DNA of 64,000 bases, taken from the IMG/VR virus record IMGVR_UViG_3300042446_000499, positions 8,489 through 72,488 of that record; one strand, written 5' to 3'. The position numbers and the translations under genes are program-made. How positions within the stretch are numbered: position 1 is the first letter of the stretch; the number at the start of each line of letters is the position of its first letter. This document shows, piece after piece, positions 29,650 to 40,011 of this stretch. The notes under the pieces were generated by a model. It saw only the letters and a program-made list of their open reading frames with translations. It had not been told where the DNA came from and made no database searches. This DNA is from a virus.

Positions 29650-31193
29650 CCTTTACAGGAACTTTGTACCCTTTTCAACAAGAGGCAAGCGAACGGATGG
29701 TAGAACGAGGGCAAATGCTGCTTGCTATGGTCATGGGTGCTGGTAAGACACCAACAACCCTGTCAACCATTGAAGCACTTATTGAAGATAATGAAATTAG
29801 CAGAGTATGTGTTGTAGTTCCCTCCAGCCTTAAATACCAGTGGCTTCGTGAAATTGGTAAGTTCACTACATCTAAAGCAATTGTTATTGATGGGACTCCA
29901 AAGCAACGTGAAAAACTATGGCGTTTGTCTATTGGTTGCCAGTACGTCATTGTTAATCCAGAGAGTTTGACAAAAGACATAAGCCAGTGGGAAGCCATGC
30001 GATTTAACGCAATGGTTATTGATGAAGCCACAATCATTAAATCATTTACTTCTAAACGTTCTAAGATGTTAAAGAAGTTAGGTGCTAAATGCCACTACCG
30101 TTTTGCCCTTACAGGACAACCTATTGAGAATAAACCTGAAGAGTTGTTTTCAATTATGCAATTTGTAGATTCTTCAGTGCTTGGCAAATTTGATTCTTTT
30201 GACAGAACATTTATTGTGCGTGACCACTTTGGAAAACCAACACGATATAGAAACCTTAGACAACTAAATGATTCAATGTCAGAAGCAATGGTTCGTAAAA
30301 CAAGAGATGACATTAAAGACCAACTCCCTGAAGTAATTACACAAGTTATCCCTGTACAGTTTGACAATACAATTGCAGGTGTATACGAACGTATTTCTAC
30401 GGATTTGTTAGAGCAAATTCAAAAAGCAATTACAAGCAACGGCAGGTCTTTTGACTTGTGGGCGCACTACCACGGAGGTCAAGGAAATGAAGCGCAAGGT
30501 CAAATTATGTCTAGGCTTACTGTATTACGTATGCTCTGCGATAATCCTAGGCTGGTGGTGGAATCAGCCAAAGCGTTCAATGACCCTACCCAAAACACTG
30601 AAGGAAGCGCATACGCTGCCAAGATACTTGCGGAGGGTTGGCTCCCCGAAACTTACAAGACACCCAAACTAGATACCGTTGTTGAATACATTAAGGATGT
30701 TTTAAATGAAGACCCAACTAACAAAGTGGTACTTTTCTCGTTCTTTAAGAAGAACCTACGGATTATCCAGGAAGCAACTAAGGGACTTACGCAAAGCGTA
30801 CTCTTCATGGGTGGTATGGGTGCAGACCAGAGAGATGTTGCAAAGCAAAAGTTCGCAACCGAGGATGGCGTTCGGCTCTTTTTATCCTCTGATGCAGGAG
30901 GTTACGGGGTGGACTTACCGCAGGCCAATTACCTTATCTCTTACGATTTACCTTGGTCTGCTGGAAAACTGGACCAAAGAGAAGCCCGAATTATCCGTCT
31001 GTCGTCAACACATCCGCACGTTACGGTTGTATCTTTCGTCATGAAAGGCTCTATTGAGGAGCGCCAATACGAAATGCTTCAACAAAAACGAGAAATAAAC
31101 AAGGCGTTCATTGACAAGGGGTATGACAGTCAGGGTAAATTTGAACTGAACTTGGGCACCCTGTCTGAGTTCCTAAGCCACTCAGAGGTATAA
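29646..31193 (+). CDS. SNF2-family helicase/ATPase
   Basis: MGAGKT, IDEA, ALTGQP, G.G.DL and YDLPW...QREARI.R motifs. Confidence 0.9.
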   Translation: MTFTGTLYPFQQEASERMVERGQMLLAMVMGAGKTPTTLSTIEALIEDNEISRVCVVVPSSLKYQWLREIGKFTTSKAIVIDGTPKQREKLWRLSIGCQYVIVNPESLTKDISQWEAMRFNAMVIDEATIIKSFTSKRSKMLKKLGAKCHYRFALTGQPIENKPEELFSIMQFVDSSVLGKFDSFDRTFIVRDHFGKPTRYRNLRQLNDSMSEAMVRKTRDDIKDQLPEVITQVIPVQFDNTIAGVYERISTDLLEQIQKAITSNGRSFDLWAHYHGGQGNEAQGQIMSRLTVLRMLCDNPRLVVESAKAFNDPTQNTEGSAYAAKILAEGWLPETYKTPKLDTVVEYIKDVLNEDPTNKVVLFSFFKKNLRIIQEATKGLTQSVLFMGGMGADQRDVAKQKFATEDGVRLFLSSDAGGYGVDLPQANYLISYDLPWSAGKLDQREARIIRLSSTHPHVTVVSFVMKGSIEERQYEMLQQKREINKAFIDKGYDSQGKFELNLGTLSEFLSHSEV

Positions 31194-31195
31194 AT

Positions 31196-31582
31196 ATGAC
31201 AACGCCAGATTATTACGAAAGACTTGCACAAGAGTTTAAAAAGTCAAAAGAAGCAATTGATTCATTAACAAAACGCCAGAATGAAATGCGAACCGAACTT
31301 GTAAAAGTAATACAAGAAAACGGATATGAAGATGACAAAGGGCATTTGTGGTATTCGGCTGGTTCCGCAGAGATAAAGTACGAGCGCCGTGTTAGTCGTT
31401 CTTTTAACATTGAAGCCGCCGAACAATGGGCAAAGGGTTTAGGCATTTGGGAAGACCTTAAAAAGGTTGTGGAAATGCTGGATGAAGACAAACTTCTTGG
31501 GTACGCATGGAACCACAAAGATAAAGAAGAAGAGATTCAAGGTTTCTACACAGAAAAGGAATCATGGGCACTGAAGGTGTAG
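31196..31582 (+). CDS. Hypothetical coiled-coil protein
   Basis: ORF in the replication operon with a GAGG RBS. Confidence 0.55.
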   Translation: MTTPDYYERLAQEFKKSKEAIDSLTKRQNEMRTELVKVIQENGYEDDKGHLWYSAGSAEIKYERRVSRSFNIEAAEQWAKGLGIWEDLKKVVEMLDEDKLLGYAWNHKDKEEEIQGFYTEKESWALKV

Positions 31583-32016
31583 ATGATTTCATGGGTCTCT
31601 TTGGGGACTTGCCTAACTTTCCAGGCAAACGTGCTCCCAAGAACCGCCCTGATAGTCCTGAAGTAGTTAATTCTGTACTTGAAAACCGTTACAACGGTAT
31701 AAAAGGAAAAGAATACATAATCAATGGTGAGAAATTAATGATGTACACCATTGGACAAGTTTGTGCCGCACTTGGCAAAAGTGCTGTTACACTCAGGTCG
31801 TGGGAAAGCCAAGGCTGGATACCTAAATCCAGTTTTAGAACACCACCACCAAATAATGTACAAATACCAGGAAAAGCATCCAAGGGGCGGCGTCTTTATA
31901 CGCAACAGCAACTTGACACGCTTATAGATGGTGTGTCATTATTTAACATAGCAGACCGACACCGAGGTGATTGGAAAGCGTTTAAGCAATACATTCAAGA
32001 AAATTGGAAGAGATAA
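31564..32016 (+). CDS. MerR-type HTH DNA-binding protein
   Basis: YTIGQVCAALGKSAVTLRSWE..G.IP...RRLYT MerR signature. Confidence 0.8.
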   Translation: MGTEGVDDFMGLFGDLPNFPGKRAPKNRPDSPEVVNSVLENRYNGIKGKEYIINGEKLMMYTIGQVCAALGKSAVTLRSWESQGWIPKSSFRTPPPNNVQIPGKASKGRRLYTQQQLDTLIDGVSLFNIADRHRGDWKAFKQYIQENWKR

Positions 32017-32018
32017 TT

Positions 32019-32669
32019 ATGGGAAAATATGATGAAGAAAACACGGGCTTTGAAACTCGTGAAGAAGCAAGCACAGAGAAGCCACAGGCACGTACGCTAG
32101 TCCGTGGTGGTTGGGGAAGCGTTGACGCAGTCAAGAACGCAGACTCACCATTCGCACAGCGTTTGAAGATTGCGGATGAACCGCAAATTATTAAGTTTCT
32201 TGATGACGAGCCATACGCATCATGGCGTCAGCATTGGATTGAGCGTCAAGGACAAAAGTCTTTTGTTTGCATCGGTGAATTTGATGACAAGGGTTGCCCA
32301 TTGTGTGACTCAGGTGACCGACCTTCAGTTCGTATTGCGTTTAACGTCGCTCTACTCATTGCTGGCGAAGAACCTGTAATCAAGTCCTATGAAGTTGGAC
32401 CACGAGTTATTGACCAGTTGAAGAACTTCCACACGGACCCACGCACAGGACCTTTGTCTAAGCACTACTGGGCAGTCAGCAAGACTGGCAAGGGCGCTAC
32501 TACAGCCACTAGCCACCAGTTGGTTAAAGACCGTGACCTTGAAGAGTGGGGCATTGCAGAAATTGATGACGCAGGTCTCAAGGGACTTATCAGTAGGTCT
32601 TACACTGCCGACATCATTTCAATCCCGTCTCGCAAAGACCTGATTGACATTGCCAACGAACTAGAATAA
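32019..32669 (+). CDS. Single-stranded DNA-binding protein (T4 gp32-like)
   Basis: IIKFL...QHW...C...CPLC zinc motif, located directly before the polymerase. Confidence 0.7.
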   Translation: MGKYDEENTGFETREEASTEKPQARTLVRGGWGSVDAVKNADSPFAQRLKIADEPQIIKFLDDEPYASWRQHWIERQGQKSFVCIGEFDDKGCPLCDSGDRPSVRIAFNVALLIAGEEPVIKSYEVGPRVIDQLKNFHTDPRTGPLSKHYWAVSKTGKGATTATSHQLVKDRDLEEWGIAEIDDAGLKGLISRSYTADIISIPSRKDLIDIANELE

Positions 32670-34732
32670 TGGCAGAGGGAGAAACTCCCTTTGTTGTTAC
32701 ATCCTTAGAGCAAATTCATAAACTTGTTGCCGACGTGCAGGAAGTGGGCGCTTTTGCCTTTGACGTTGAGACACGGGGAATACTAGAACGCCACCCAGAT
32801 ATGGTGGATGCTATGGAAAAAGCGTGGAAGAAACACGTTAGTTCCTTAAAGAACCCTAGTCCCGAGATTCAACGCCGTGCTCACGAAAACTTTGAAGCAA
32901 AGTACCGTGGCATGTTGGCAGTTGACCCTTTGCGTAATGATGTATTTTGGATTGGTATTGCAACACGTGGAAAATCGTGGGCAATCCCGATGGGTCATCC
33001 ATTGGGGGAAATCATTGAGCCTGAAGAAATAGGTGATGGTTCAACGATTCCCCCAAGTGGGTACCGCAAGGTTCTTAAAAATGGTCAAGAGTCTATGGCA
33101 AAGTCCACGTACCATATACCTGCTGTGTTCTCAGAAGCACCCTTGCAGTTATCTCGGTCAGATGTCTTTGAAGCCTTGAGACCCATATTTTTTAGTGACC
33201 TTGTAAAGATTGGGCATAACGTAAAGTTTGATGCTCGTAGCATCTGCAAGTACTACGGAGAAATACCACCAGGTTTGTACGCCGACACCATGTTGTTACA
33301 GCACCTAGTGAACGAGAACCTCATGTCTTATTCATTAGAGAATCTTATTATGCACAACTATGGCAAACATAATGCGTACGAACGAGATGGCAAACTAGGT
33401 AAGTTTATTACCTCTGTTCCATTTAACAAAGCAGTTAACTACGTCCACCTTGATGTTCGCTGGACATGGTTGCTGTACACACGGTTGTGGAAAAAGGTCA
33501 AGCAAGATACTGCGCTAGTTAACTCTTTCTACCAAGACACAGAAGTATTACATATCTTGATGCATATGGAAAACGAGGGAATACCCGTTGACCACCACAA
33601 TATGCAGTTACTAGGTAAAGAGTTAGACGGCAAGATGCGTGACACCTTGTTGGCTCTCCATGAGTTCACGCCAGCAGGTTTCAACCCTGACTCCACTAAG
33701 CAAAAGCAAGAGTTCTTATTTAATAAAAAACGTGAGGGTGGTTTAGGATTAAAGCCTTACAAGTTGACCAAAGGTGGTATGCCATCTGTAGATGAAGAAA
33801 CTTTACGGCACCTTGAAGCAGAGCACCCAGCGCTTGAACTTCTAATCCAATGGTCAGAAACACAAAAACTAAAATCAACCTTTGTTGATGGCATGCTTCC
33901 TCGCTTGTACAAAAGCAGACTGCACCCTTCCTTTCACTTACACCGAACAGCAACAGGTCGTTTGTCGTCCAGTGACCCCAACCTTCAAAACATCCCACGA
34001 GATTCAAACATTCGTAGTTTGTTTGTAGCCCCCAAGGGTCACACTTTGATTGTGGCTGACTATGACCAAATTGAACTTAGGGTTATGGCGATGTATTCAC
34101 AAGACAAGGAACTATTGCATGTGTTCAATAACAATATTGACATTCACACGGGTGCGGCAGCCCTTCTCTTTAAGAAGAAGATAGAAGACGTAACAAGTGA
34201 AGAACGCCAGATTGGTAAAGGGGTTAACTTTCTTACAGCCTATGGAGGCGGTCCAGGGAAGTTAGCACGTACTACGGGCATTCCATTTGAGCAGGCTCAA
34301 GAAATGATTCAAGAGTACTATCGCCAATTTGCTGGGCTAACTGCTTGGAAACAAGAAGTAGTGGCTGAGGGTAGGAAGATGGGCTATGTCACCACCTTGT
34401 CAGGTCGTAGGCGCAGACTCCCTGACCTTATGTCCAGCGATAAAGAAAGTCGTGCCCGTGCCGAACGTCAGGCTGTAAATGCCGTAGTACAAGGGTCAGC
34501 GGCTGACCTATGTAAGCAAGCAATGATTAATATTGCTCGTGACCTAGCAGGTACCAATGTAAAGATGCTAGTACAGGTTCATGACGAATTGGTAGCCGCA
34601 GTCCCTTGTGAAGAATTAGATTCAATTATTGACCCGTTCATTACCGCCATGGGAAATGGTAACGTAATTAAAGGAGTTCCTCTCATGGTTTCGTATCACA
34701 ACGCATCCAATTGGTCGGAGGCAAAGGGATGA
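32669..34732 (+). CDS. polA: DNA polymerase, family A (3'-5' exonuclease plus polymerase, no 5'-3' exonuclease)
   Basis: DVET, HNVKFD, TGRLSSSDPNLQNIP, DYDQIELR, motif B R..GK..NF...YG and VHDE. Confidence 0.95.
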   Translation: MAEGETPFVVTSLEQIHKLVADVQEVGAFAFDVETRGILERHPDMVDAMEKAWKKHVSSLKNPSPEIQRRAHENFEAKYRGMLAVDPLRNDVFWIGIATRGKSWAIPMGHPLGEIIEPEEIGDGSTIPPSGYRKVLKNGQESMAKSTYHIPAVFSEAPLQLSRSDVFEALRPIFFSDLVKIGHNVKFDARSICKYYGEIPPGLYADTMLLQHLVNENLMSYSLENLIMHNYGKHNAYERDGKLGKFITSVPFNKAVNYVHLDVRWTWLLYTRLWKKVKQDTALVNSFYQDTEVLHILMHMENEGIPVDHHNMQLLGKELDGKMRDTLLALHEFTPAGFNPDSTKQKQEFLFNKKREGGLGLKPYKLTKGGMPSVDEETLRHLEAEHPALELLIQWSETQKLKSTFVDGMLPRLYKSRLHPSFHLHRTATGRLSSSDPNLQNIPRDSNIRSLFVAPKGHTLIVADYDQIELRVMAMYSQDKELLHVFNNNIDIHTGAAALLFKKKIEDVTSEERQIGKGVNFLTAYGGGPGKLARTTGIPFEQAQEMIQEYYRQFAGLTAWKQEVVAEGRKMGYVTTLSGRRRRLPDLMSSDKESRARAERQAVNAVVQGSAADLCKQAMINIARDLAGTNVKMLVQVHDELVAAVPCEELDSIIDPFITAMGNGNVIKGVPLMVSYHNASNWSEAKG

Positions 34733-35100
34733 TAATGATAGATATTGACCAAAGAATGTTTTATTTGATGCTTTCTGCTACGGAAGGTCAAAAGTTTGCC
34801 AGTGCCATGGGGTTTCCAACCCCTTCAGAAGATGTGCAAGAACTTGAAATTATGGATGTGTTGTCCAGATGGATGATGGTGCACAGTTCAGGACTGTTGG
34901 ACGAAATACGAGAAGCAGCCGATTGGTTTGTAGCATTTCTTGAAGAAACTGATAAGATTAATTCCCCCTCTGAAGATTTTGTCAATGCACTTATTGTGTT
35001 CTCTATTGCGCTTAACAACAAAATGTTGGACAATGGTCATATTGGTCTTATCGTTTCAGACGACGATTTAGAAATACTAGAAGGATTAGAACATGAGTGA
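34729..35100 (+). CDS. Hypothetical protein
   Basis: ATGA-coupled to polA. Confidence 0.5.
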   Translation: MIMIDIDQRMFYLMLSATEGQKFASAMGFPTPSEDVQELEIMDVLSRWMMVHSSGLLDEIREAADWFVAFLEETDKINSPSEDFVNALIVFSIALNNKMLDNGHIGLIVSDDDLEILEGLEHE

Positions 35101-35452
35101 TTGGTGGTCAAAGAAACTTGCTGGGGAAACACCTACCCCACAGCGTCCAAACTTGCCTCCCGTGCAGGCTCCTATGAATTTTCCGCAAGCATATCCAAGC
35201 GCACAACAATCGGGTGCAGTGGTATCTAATCCAAACGTCATGCCCGAAGACGCAACTCTCTCAGACTACTTACGCTCAAACTCCACAAAGGGTGGTAAAG
35301 CGGCTCGTACTGAAAATGCAACTTGTCCCGACTGCGGTAGTTCCTACTTGTTTACTCGGACAGGTTCTACTAGTCTCAACCCAGCCCCTCGTTGTTACGA
35401 GTGTGGTTGGAACGGGATGTATTCCCAAGCAGACCAATCCAGTTGGTCATAG
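35093..35452 (+). CDS. Zinc-ribbon protein
   Basis: CPDCGS...CYECG. Confidence 0.6.
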   Translation: MSDWWSKKLAGETPTPQRPNLPPVQAPMNFPQAYPSAQQSGAVVSNPNVMPEDATLSDYLRSNSTKGGKAARTENATCPDCGSSYLFTRTGSTSLNPAPRCYECGWNGMYSQADQSSWS

Positions 35453-35461
35453 AAAGTAACA

Positions 35462-36493
35462 ATGCCATTAGAAACAACACATGAATCATTAAAATCCATT
35501 ATCTCTTCTATTCAGAAGAAGTATGGGGATGACATTATCGTTAGAGGAAGTGACGTTAAAGAAGAGATGACTCGCATCACTTCAGGCGTTCTTGCGTATG
35601 ACCTTATGCTTGGCGGAGGATGGCCCGTCAATCAATGGAGTGAAATCATTGGTGAAGAGTCATCAGGTAAGACGGCTATGGCATACAAGACTATTGCGGC
35701 TAACCAAGCACTTGACCCTGAGTTCACAGCCCTTTGGGTTGCGGCTGAAGAGTATGTACCTGAGTACGCAAAGGCTATTGGTGTAGACCTTGACCGTTTG
35801 TGGGTTGTAGAAACCAACTTGATGGAGCAGGTGTATGACCTTGTACTTCGTGTGATGGATGCTCGTGCAGTAGACATGGTTGTTATTGACTCCCTTCCTG
35901 CCCTGGTGCCAGGAGATGAGGCTGAGAAGACCATGGAAGAGTTCACTATGGGACTTGGTGCTCGCTTGACAGGAAAGTTCTTCCGCAAGGCGTCTAAGGC
36001 TCAAAAGCGTTCAATGATTCACGAAGACCGTGGTTGTACAGGAATCATGATTAACCAGTGGCGTGACAAGATTGGTGTGATGTGGGGTGACCCTCGCACA
36101 ACCCCAGGTGGCAAGGCTAAGAACTTCCACTACTTCTGCCGTGTTGAAGTAAAACGTGATGAATGGCTTAAAGTAAAAGACGAGACAGTTGGTCAATCTA
36201 TTAAGGGACGTACTCTTAAAAACAAAACAAGTGCTCCCAACAAATCAGCGATTGTAGATTTTTACTTTACACACGCTAATGGTTTTGAGTTTGGTGATTT
36301 TGACACTGTTAAAGACATGATTAACATTGCCGCTTCTGTGGACATCATTACTCGTGCAGGTGCTTACTATTCTTATAGTGACCAGCGTTGGCAGGGCAAG
36401 GACGCAATGCTGTTGGCTTTCCGTGAAGACTTAGATATGCAAGCAAAGTTGCGTCTTGAGGTCTTTACACACTTTGAAATCCCAGCACCATGA
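35462..36493 (+). CDS. recA: RecA/UvsX recombinase
   Basis: GEESSGKT, VIDS, INQWR.KIGVMWGDP.TTPGG motifs. Confidence 0.95.
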   Translation: MPLETTHESLKSIISSIQKKYGDDIIVRGSDVKEEMTRITSGVLAYDLMLGGGWPVNQWSEIIGEESSGKTAMAYKTIAANQALDPEFTALWVAAEEYVPEYAKAIGVDLDRLWVVETNLMEQVYDLVLRVMDARAVDMVVIDSLPALVPGDEAEKTMEEFTMGLGARLTGKFFRKASKAQKRSMIHEDRGCTGIMINQWRDKIGVMWGDPRTTPGGKAKNFHYFCRVEVKRDEWLKVKDETVGQSIKGRTLKNKTSAPNKSAIVDFYFTHANGFEFGDFDTVKDMINIAASVDIITRAGAYYSYSDQRWQGKDAMLLAFREDLDMQAKLRLEVFTHFEIPAP

Positions 36494-36825
36494 CGCTAGG
36501 GGCTGATGACCGCAAGGACATCATGAAAAAGTCCCGTAAACAAGAAAAACGTTCAGCGGTTACTTACAATGGCAGTCGCAACGCAGGCTCTGGCTCTTTT
36601 TGGTTACGAAAGAATGATGTGCGGTCAGTTGAGTTTCTTATTGAAAACAAGTTGACCATAGGAACAAAAGGTATTACTCTCAAGGAAGTAGACCTTAGAG
36701 AATTGAGAGAACGTGCGATTATTGAAGACCGTATACCTGTATTGCAGTTTGACCTCAATGGTCGTAATTACGTGGTTCTTGTTGAAGACGATTTTTTGGC
36801 GATAACAGATGATGACAAAAGTTGA
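36490..36825 (+). CDS. PD-(D/E)XK nuclease/Holliday junction resolvase-like protein
   Basis: QEK...GSG...K.DV....IENK pattern. Confidence 0.65.
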   Translation: MTLGADDRKDIMKKSRKQEKRSAVTYNGSRNAGSGSFWLRKNDVRSVEFLIENKLTIGTKGITLKEVDLRELRERAIIEDRIPVLQFDLNGRNYVVLVEDDFLAITDDDKS

Positions 36826-37195
36826 TTTACATACAAAAATATTAGAATTATTGTTTACAAAAGAAGATGGACTTACTTGTCAAGAACTGCACGTGGAATT
36901 GCGTGACGCCTATGACATCAAGAAGCATCATGGAACTTTATCTGGTGCACTTAATTCTCTTCATAACTCTTTAGATGTTTTTAATATCAAGGTTAAACGT
37001 AACAATCAAAAACCGTATGTGCATGCTTGCTTTAGAACTAAGTACGATGAAAAGCATCGTATTGACTACCCAGCAAGAAGAAATAAATGGGAATCTATGG
37101 CTGATTTATTGTATTTTGTAATGACTGAAGATAAGATTCCCCCCGACGCTTGGGAAAATGCTCTCAACAGTTATAGAAAAATGAAAAATGTCTGA
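36809..37195 (+). CDS. Hypothetical protein (possible winged HTH)
   Basis: GLT..EL.....HHGTLSGAL..LH pattern. Confidence 0.45.
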   Translation: MMTKVDLHTKILELLFTKEDGLTCQELHVELRDAYDIKKHHGTLSGALNSLHNSLDVFNIKVKRNNQKPYVHACFRTKYDEKHRIDYPARRNKWESMADLLYFVMTEDKIPPDAWENALNSYRKMKNV

Positions 37196-37970
37196 CAAAA
37201 CGCCTTGGCACCTTAAAAATTACAAACAATCTTTGACTTCAAAGTATCGCCTGATACCTATTGCTGAAGAACAACTCATGCGTGAGCAACTAGAGAGCAC
37301 TAGAGACACCCTTCATTTACATCCTTCAGAGATTTGTAAGCGTGATTGGTGCAACCGTTCATCTTGGTACACCATTAAAGGGTATGAGAAGGCTGACCGT
37401 GCTTTGTCATTCCAAACTTTAAACATATTTGCTGAAGGTCATGCCATTCATGCCAAATGGCAAAAGTGGTTGACAGACGCAGGTGTACTAGAAGCAGTTG
37501 AGGTACCCATCCTTGATGAGGAGTTCAGATTGATGGGACATGCTGATGGCATTATCAATGACGCCAAAGGTAAAGCCATCCTTGAGATTAAAAGTGTTGG
37601 CGCTGGGACCATCCGCATGGAAGACTTTGAACTGTATCAAAGTGCTAACAGTCCTGATGATATGTGGAAGAAGGTTCGCAAACCGTTCAATACTCACCTT
37701 CGCCAAGTAAACCTATACATGTATTGCTTAGGCATTCACGATGCTGTGTTTTTGTATGAATGGAAAGCCACACAAGAAGTAAAAGAGTTCTCAGTAAAGT
37801 TTCAACCAGAACTCATTGAAGACATTCTTTCAGGTTGCAAAAATGTAATAAGAGGATTAGAGTCAGGTGTCCCACCTATGCGACCAACATGGGTAGAGGA
37901 CTCAACAAGTAAAACATGCAAAAACTGCCCATACAAAAAAGTATGCTGGAAAGAAGACAACAATGAATAA
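37188..37970 (+). CDS. Cas4-like/RecB-family exonuclease
   Basis: HPS...C, G.A.H, GHADG, EIKS, Q...Y and a terminal C..C.....C cluster. Confidence 0.85.
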   Translation: MSDKTPWHLKNYKQSLTSKYRLIPIAEEQLMREQLESTRDTLHLHPSEICKRDWCNRSSWYTIKGYEKADRALSFQTLNIFAEGHAIHAKWQKWLTDAGVLEAVEVPILDEEFRLMGHADGIINDAKGKAILEIKSVGAGTIRMEDFELYQSANSPDDMWKKVRKPFNTHLRQVNLYMYCLGIHDAVFLYEWKATQEVKEFSVKFQPELIEDILSGCKNVIRGLESGVPPMRPTWVEDSTSKTCKNCPYKKVCWKEDNNE

Positions 37971-38457
37971 GCCATCACTGGCACCACCTAAGCCAATCAT
38001 GGGAGAATTTCTCAAGAAGTTCCCATTGGCTGACAAACCTCACGGAGATTTCCCTGAACTTCCTGGGTATCTTGACGAGTTACCTGACCCAGAACTGATG
38101 GAACTGTATACCAAGTTTATTTCTTGGGGTTCCTATGCTAAGTCTGAACTTGTTCAATCTGAGATTATAGAAGAACGTACTGCTACTAATCAAAAGTTTT
38201 ATGAAGCAACGACTCTTATCAATCAGTGGGGAGAAGGCGCTAAAGGAGACACCGTTACGCTTGCCAAGGCTCGCCGTGACGTGGACCCTGAAGTAATGAG
38301 TGCAACAGATGAGTACCTAGAAGCACGAGCCTTCCGTAAGTTGACGGAGTCTGTGTTTGAACGATGTGAGCGTGGCGCACAAGTTATCAGCCGTGAGTTA
38401 AGCCGACGCATCTCTATGGCACCTAGTGAACGTCGCCAAGGGCGGTACACAGCATGA
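37963..38457 (+). CDS. Helical protein, possibly a UvsY-like recombination mediator
   Basis: Helical sequence ending ISRELSRR, located in the recombination cluster. Confidence 0.4.
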   Translation: MNKPSLAPPKPIMGEFLKKFPLADKPHGDFPELPGYLDELPDPELMELYTKFISWGSYAKSELVQSEIIEERTATNQKFYEATTLINQWGEGAKGDTVTLAKARRDVDPEVMSATDEYLEARAFRKLTESVFERCERGAQVISRELSRRISMAPSERRQGRYTA

Positions 38458-38720
38458 TTACCGAAGTAATGCCATACCGTGGACCTTCTTATCTTGCTCT
38501 CCGCTTTGCGGCTATGCGTAGAAAACGTTCTTTTACAATTCCTGAGTTGATGTTTGTTATGGGGTATAAGTATAAAAAACCATATGTTGCTGGACGCTCT
38601 TTGGAACGTTTAGTTAGTTACAACTTCTTAGAGCGCTACGGGGACACGTGGAAGATAACCCCAAATGGTTATGAGTATCTTAGAATGACTGCACAATCTT
38701 ACTCAGGTGAGTTCAGATGA
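38454..38720 (+). CDS. Small winged-HTH-like protein
   Basis: L.RLV...FLER....WKITPNG.EYL wing motif. Confidence 0.5.
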   Translation: MITEVMPYRGPSYLALRFAAMRRKRSFTIPELMFVMGYKYKKPYVAGRSLERLVSYNFLERYGDTWKITPNGYEYLRMTAQSYSGEFR

Positions 38721-39185
38721 CACACATGCCTGACCTCCCCGTAGGTGACCAAGTACTAGAACAACGTAGAGTCATTAAGTTTTGGATTGAACGTTGTAAA
38801 GAATTAGAAAAAGAAAACGAACAATTAAAAGAAAAGGTGAGGTCGTTCTATGGCTGAGTTTTTTACACTCGTAATAATGGTTACTGCGGTTTTTGTCTGC
38901 GGTGTATTTACTGGACAAATGTTTAAGGACGAGTAATGGTAAAGAAAAAACAACAACAGGATGACTATTCGTGGCTTAATGAACCTGCTATTGAGTTTGT
39001 TGAGCATGATTTTGCCAAAGTCCAAGCAGAACGTGACGCTCTTAAAATAAAAGTACACGAGTTGTATACTGAGGTTGAGCGCCTATCAAGAGAGTTAGCC
39101 CGTGGGTAACTTTGTTGCAGGATTCCTTGTAGGGGCAATGTTGGTCATCATCCTTTGGCAAAGGGAGATGTACCGTGGCAAATAA
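38717..39185 (+). CDS. Chain of four tiny overlapping ORFs (starts near 38717, 38850, 38936, 39102), two of them single-TM peptides
   Basis: Hand translation: start/stop overlaps tile the gap without interruption. Confidence 0.45.
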
Positions 39186-39540
39186 AGCCAAAGCCAAAGG
39201 AACATCCTTTGAGGTACTTGTAAGAGACTATTTAATTGACAAAGGGTTTATACATGCCCACCGACCTGCACTATCAGGTGGTAATGACACAGGAGATGTT
39301 AACGGAATTGCCCGTAGGGATACTCTTCGCAAAGTGGCGGTGCAGTGTAAAAATCAGCGTCAGTTTCAACTTAGCCAATGGCTAAATGACACGGTAGAAC
39401 AAGCCTCCCGACTTGGTGGGGCTGTTCCTGCATTGGTTGTTAAACGCCCTGGTAAAGGGGAAAAAGCGTTAGGTGAATCTTATGTTGTGATGAGGTTGGA
39501 AGACCTCACTGACCTGCTAACAGAGGCTGGGTATTGTTAA
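39175..39540 (+). CDS. Holliday junction resolvase (Hjc-type)
   Basis: KAKGTSFE...D.GD......QCKN motif. Confidence 0.8.
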   Translation: MANKAKAKGTSFEVLVRDYLIDKGFIHAHRPALSGGNDTGDVNGIARRDTLRKVAVQCKNQRQFQLSQWLNDTVEQASRLGGAVPALVVKRPGKGEKALGESYVVMRLEDLTDLLTEAGYC

Positions 39541-39573
39541 CTAAAGGTACAACCTTTTTTTCAGGAGTACCTT

Positions 39574-39864
39574 ATGTCGCAAGATTTGAACACCACCATT
39601 GATGATATTCTCAAAGTGTCTGGTTCTAGCAACCCACAATCCGTTGGCTCTATTATGGCTCGTGCCATTAATGCAGGGCAATTACCAAAAATGCGAGCAA
39701 TTGGCGCTTCGGCTGTCAATCAAGCCGCAAAAGCCTGTGCCATTGCACGTGGCTTCGTAGCACCACGAGGAGTTGACCTCTCATTTGTCATCGGTTTTGA
39801 TGACATCAAGGGAGAGGGTGGAGAGACTATCTCCGCAATTTCATTTAAACCCATCGTAAAGTAG
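39574..39864 (+). CDS. spoVS: SpoVS-family protein
   Basis: LKVS..SNP.SV...AIGA.AVNQA.KA.AIARGFVAP.G.DL is the SpoVS consensus. Confidence 0.9.
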   Translation: MSQDLNTTIDDILKVSGSSNPQSVGSIMARAINAGQLPKMRAIGASAVNQAAKACAIARGFVAPRGVDLSFVIGFDDIKGEGGETISAISFKPIVK

Positions 39865-39870
39865 GTACTA

Positions 39871-40011
39871 ATGACTGGTCGCCGCAAGCCTTCTCGCCGT
39901 CCAACGGCTAGTAAGTATCGTAAGGCACTGTCACGCCCACGCCCCGTAGGGATGATGGGTGGCGGTCAAGGCGGCATTCTTGGTGGACCATCTTCTGGAG
40001 GGCTTCAGTAA
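39871..40011 (+). CDS. 46-aa Arg/Gly-rich peptide (not in the ORF track)
   Basis: MTGRRKPSRRPTASKYRKALSRPRP...GGLQ; its TAA overlaps the next ATG. Confidence 0.55.
   Translation: MTGRRKPSRRPTASKYRKALSRPRPVGMMGGGQGGILGGPSSGGLQ

Noticed and set aside
32669-34732. Intein or intron in the polymerase (long insert in the exonuclease domain)
   Set aside because: The frame is continuous and there are no intein C/S...HN-C/S/T ends or homing endonuclease motifs.
37188-37970. Cas4-like gene as evidence of a CRISPR-Cas system
   Set aside because: Stand-alone Cas4-like nucleases are common in phage recombination modules, and no other cas genes or arrays are seen.
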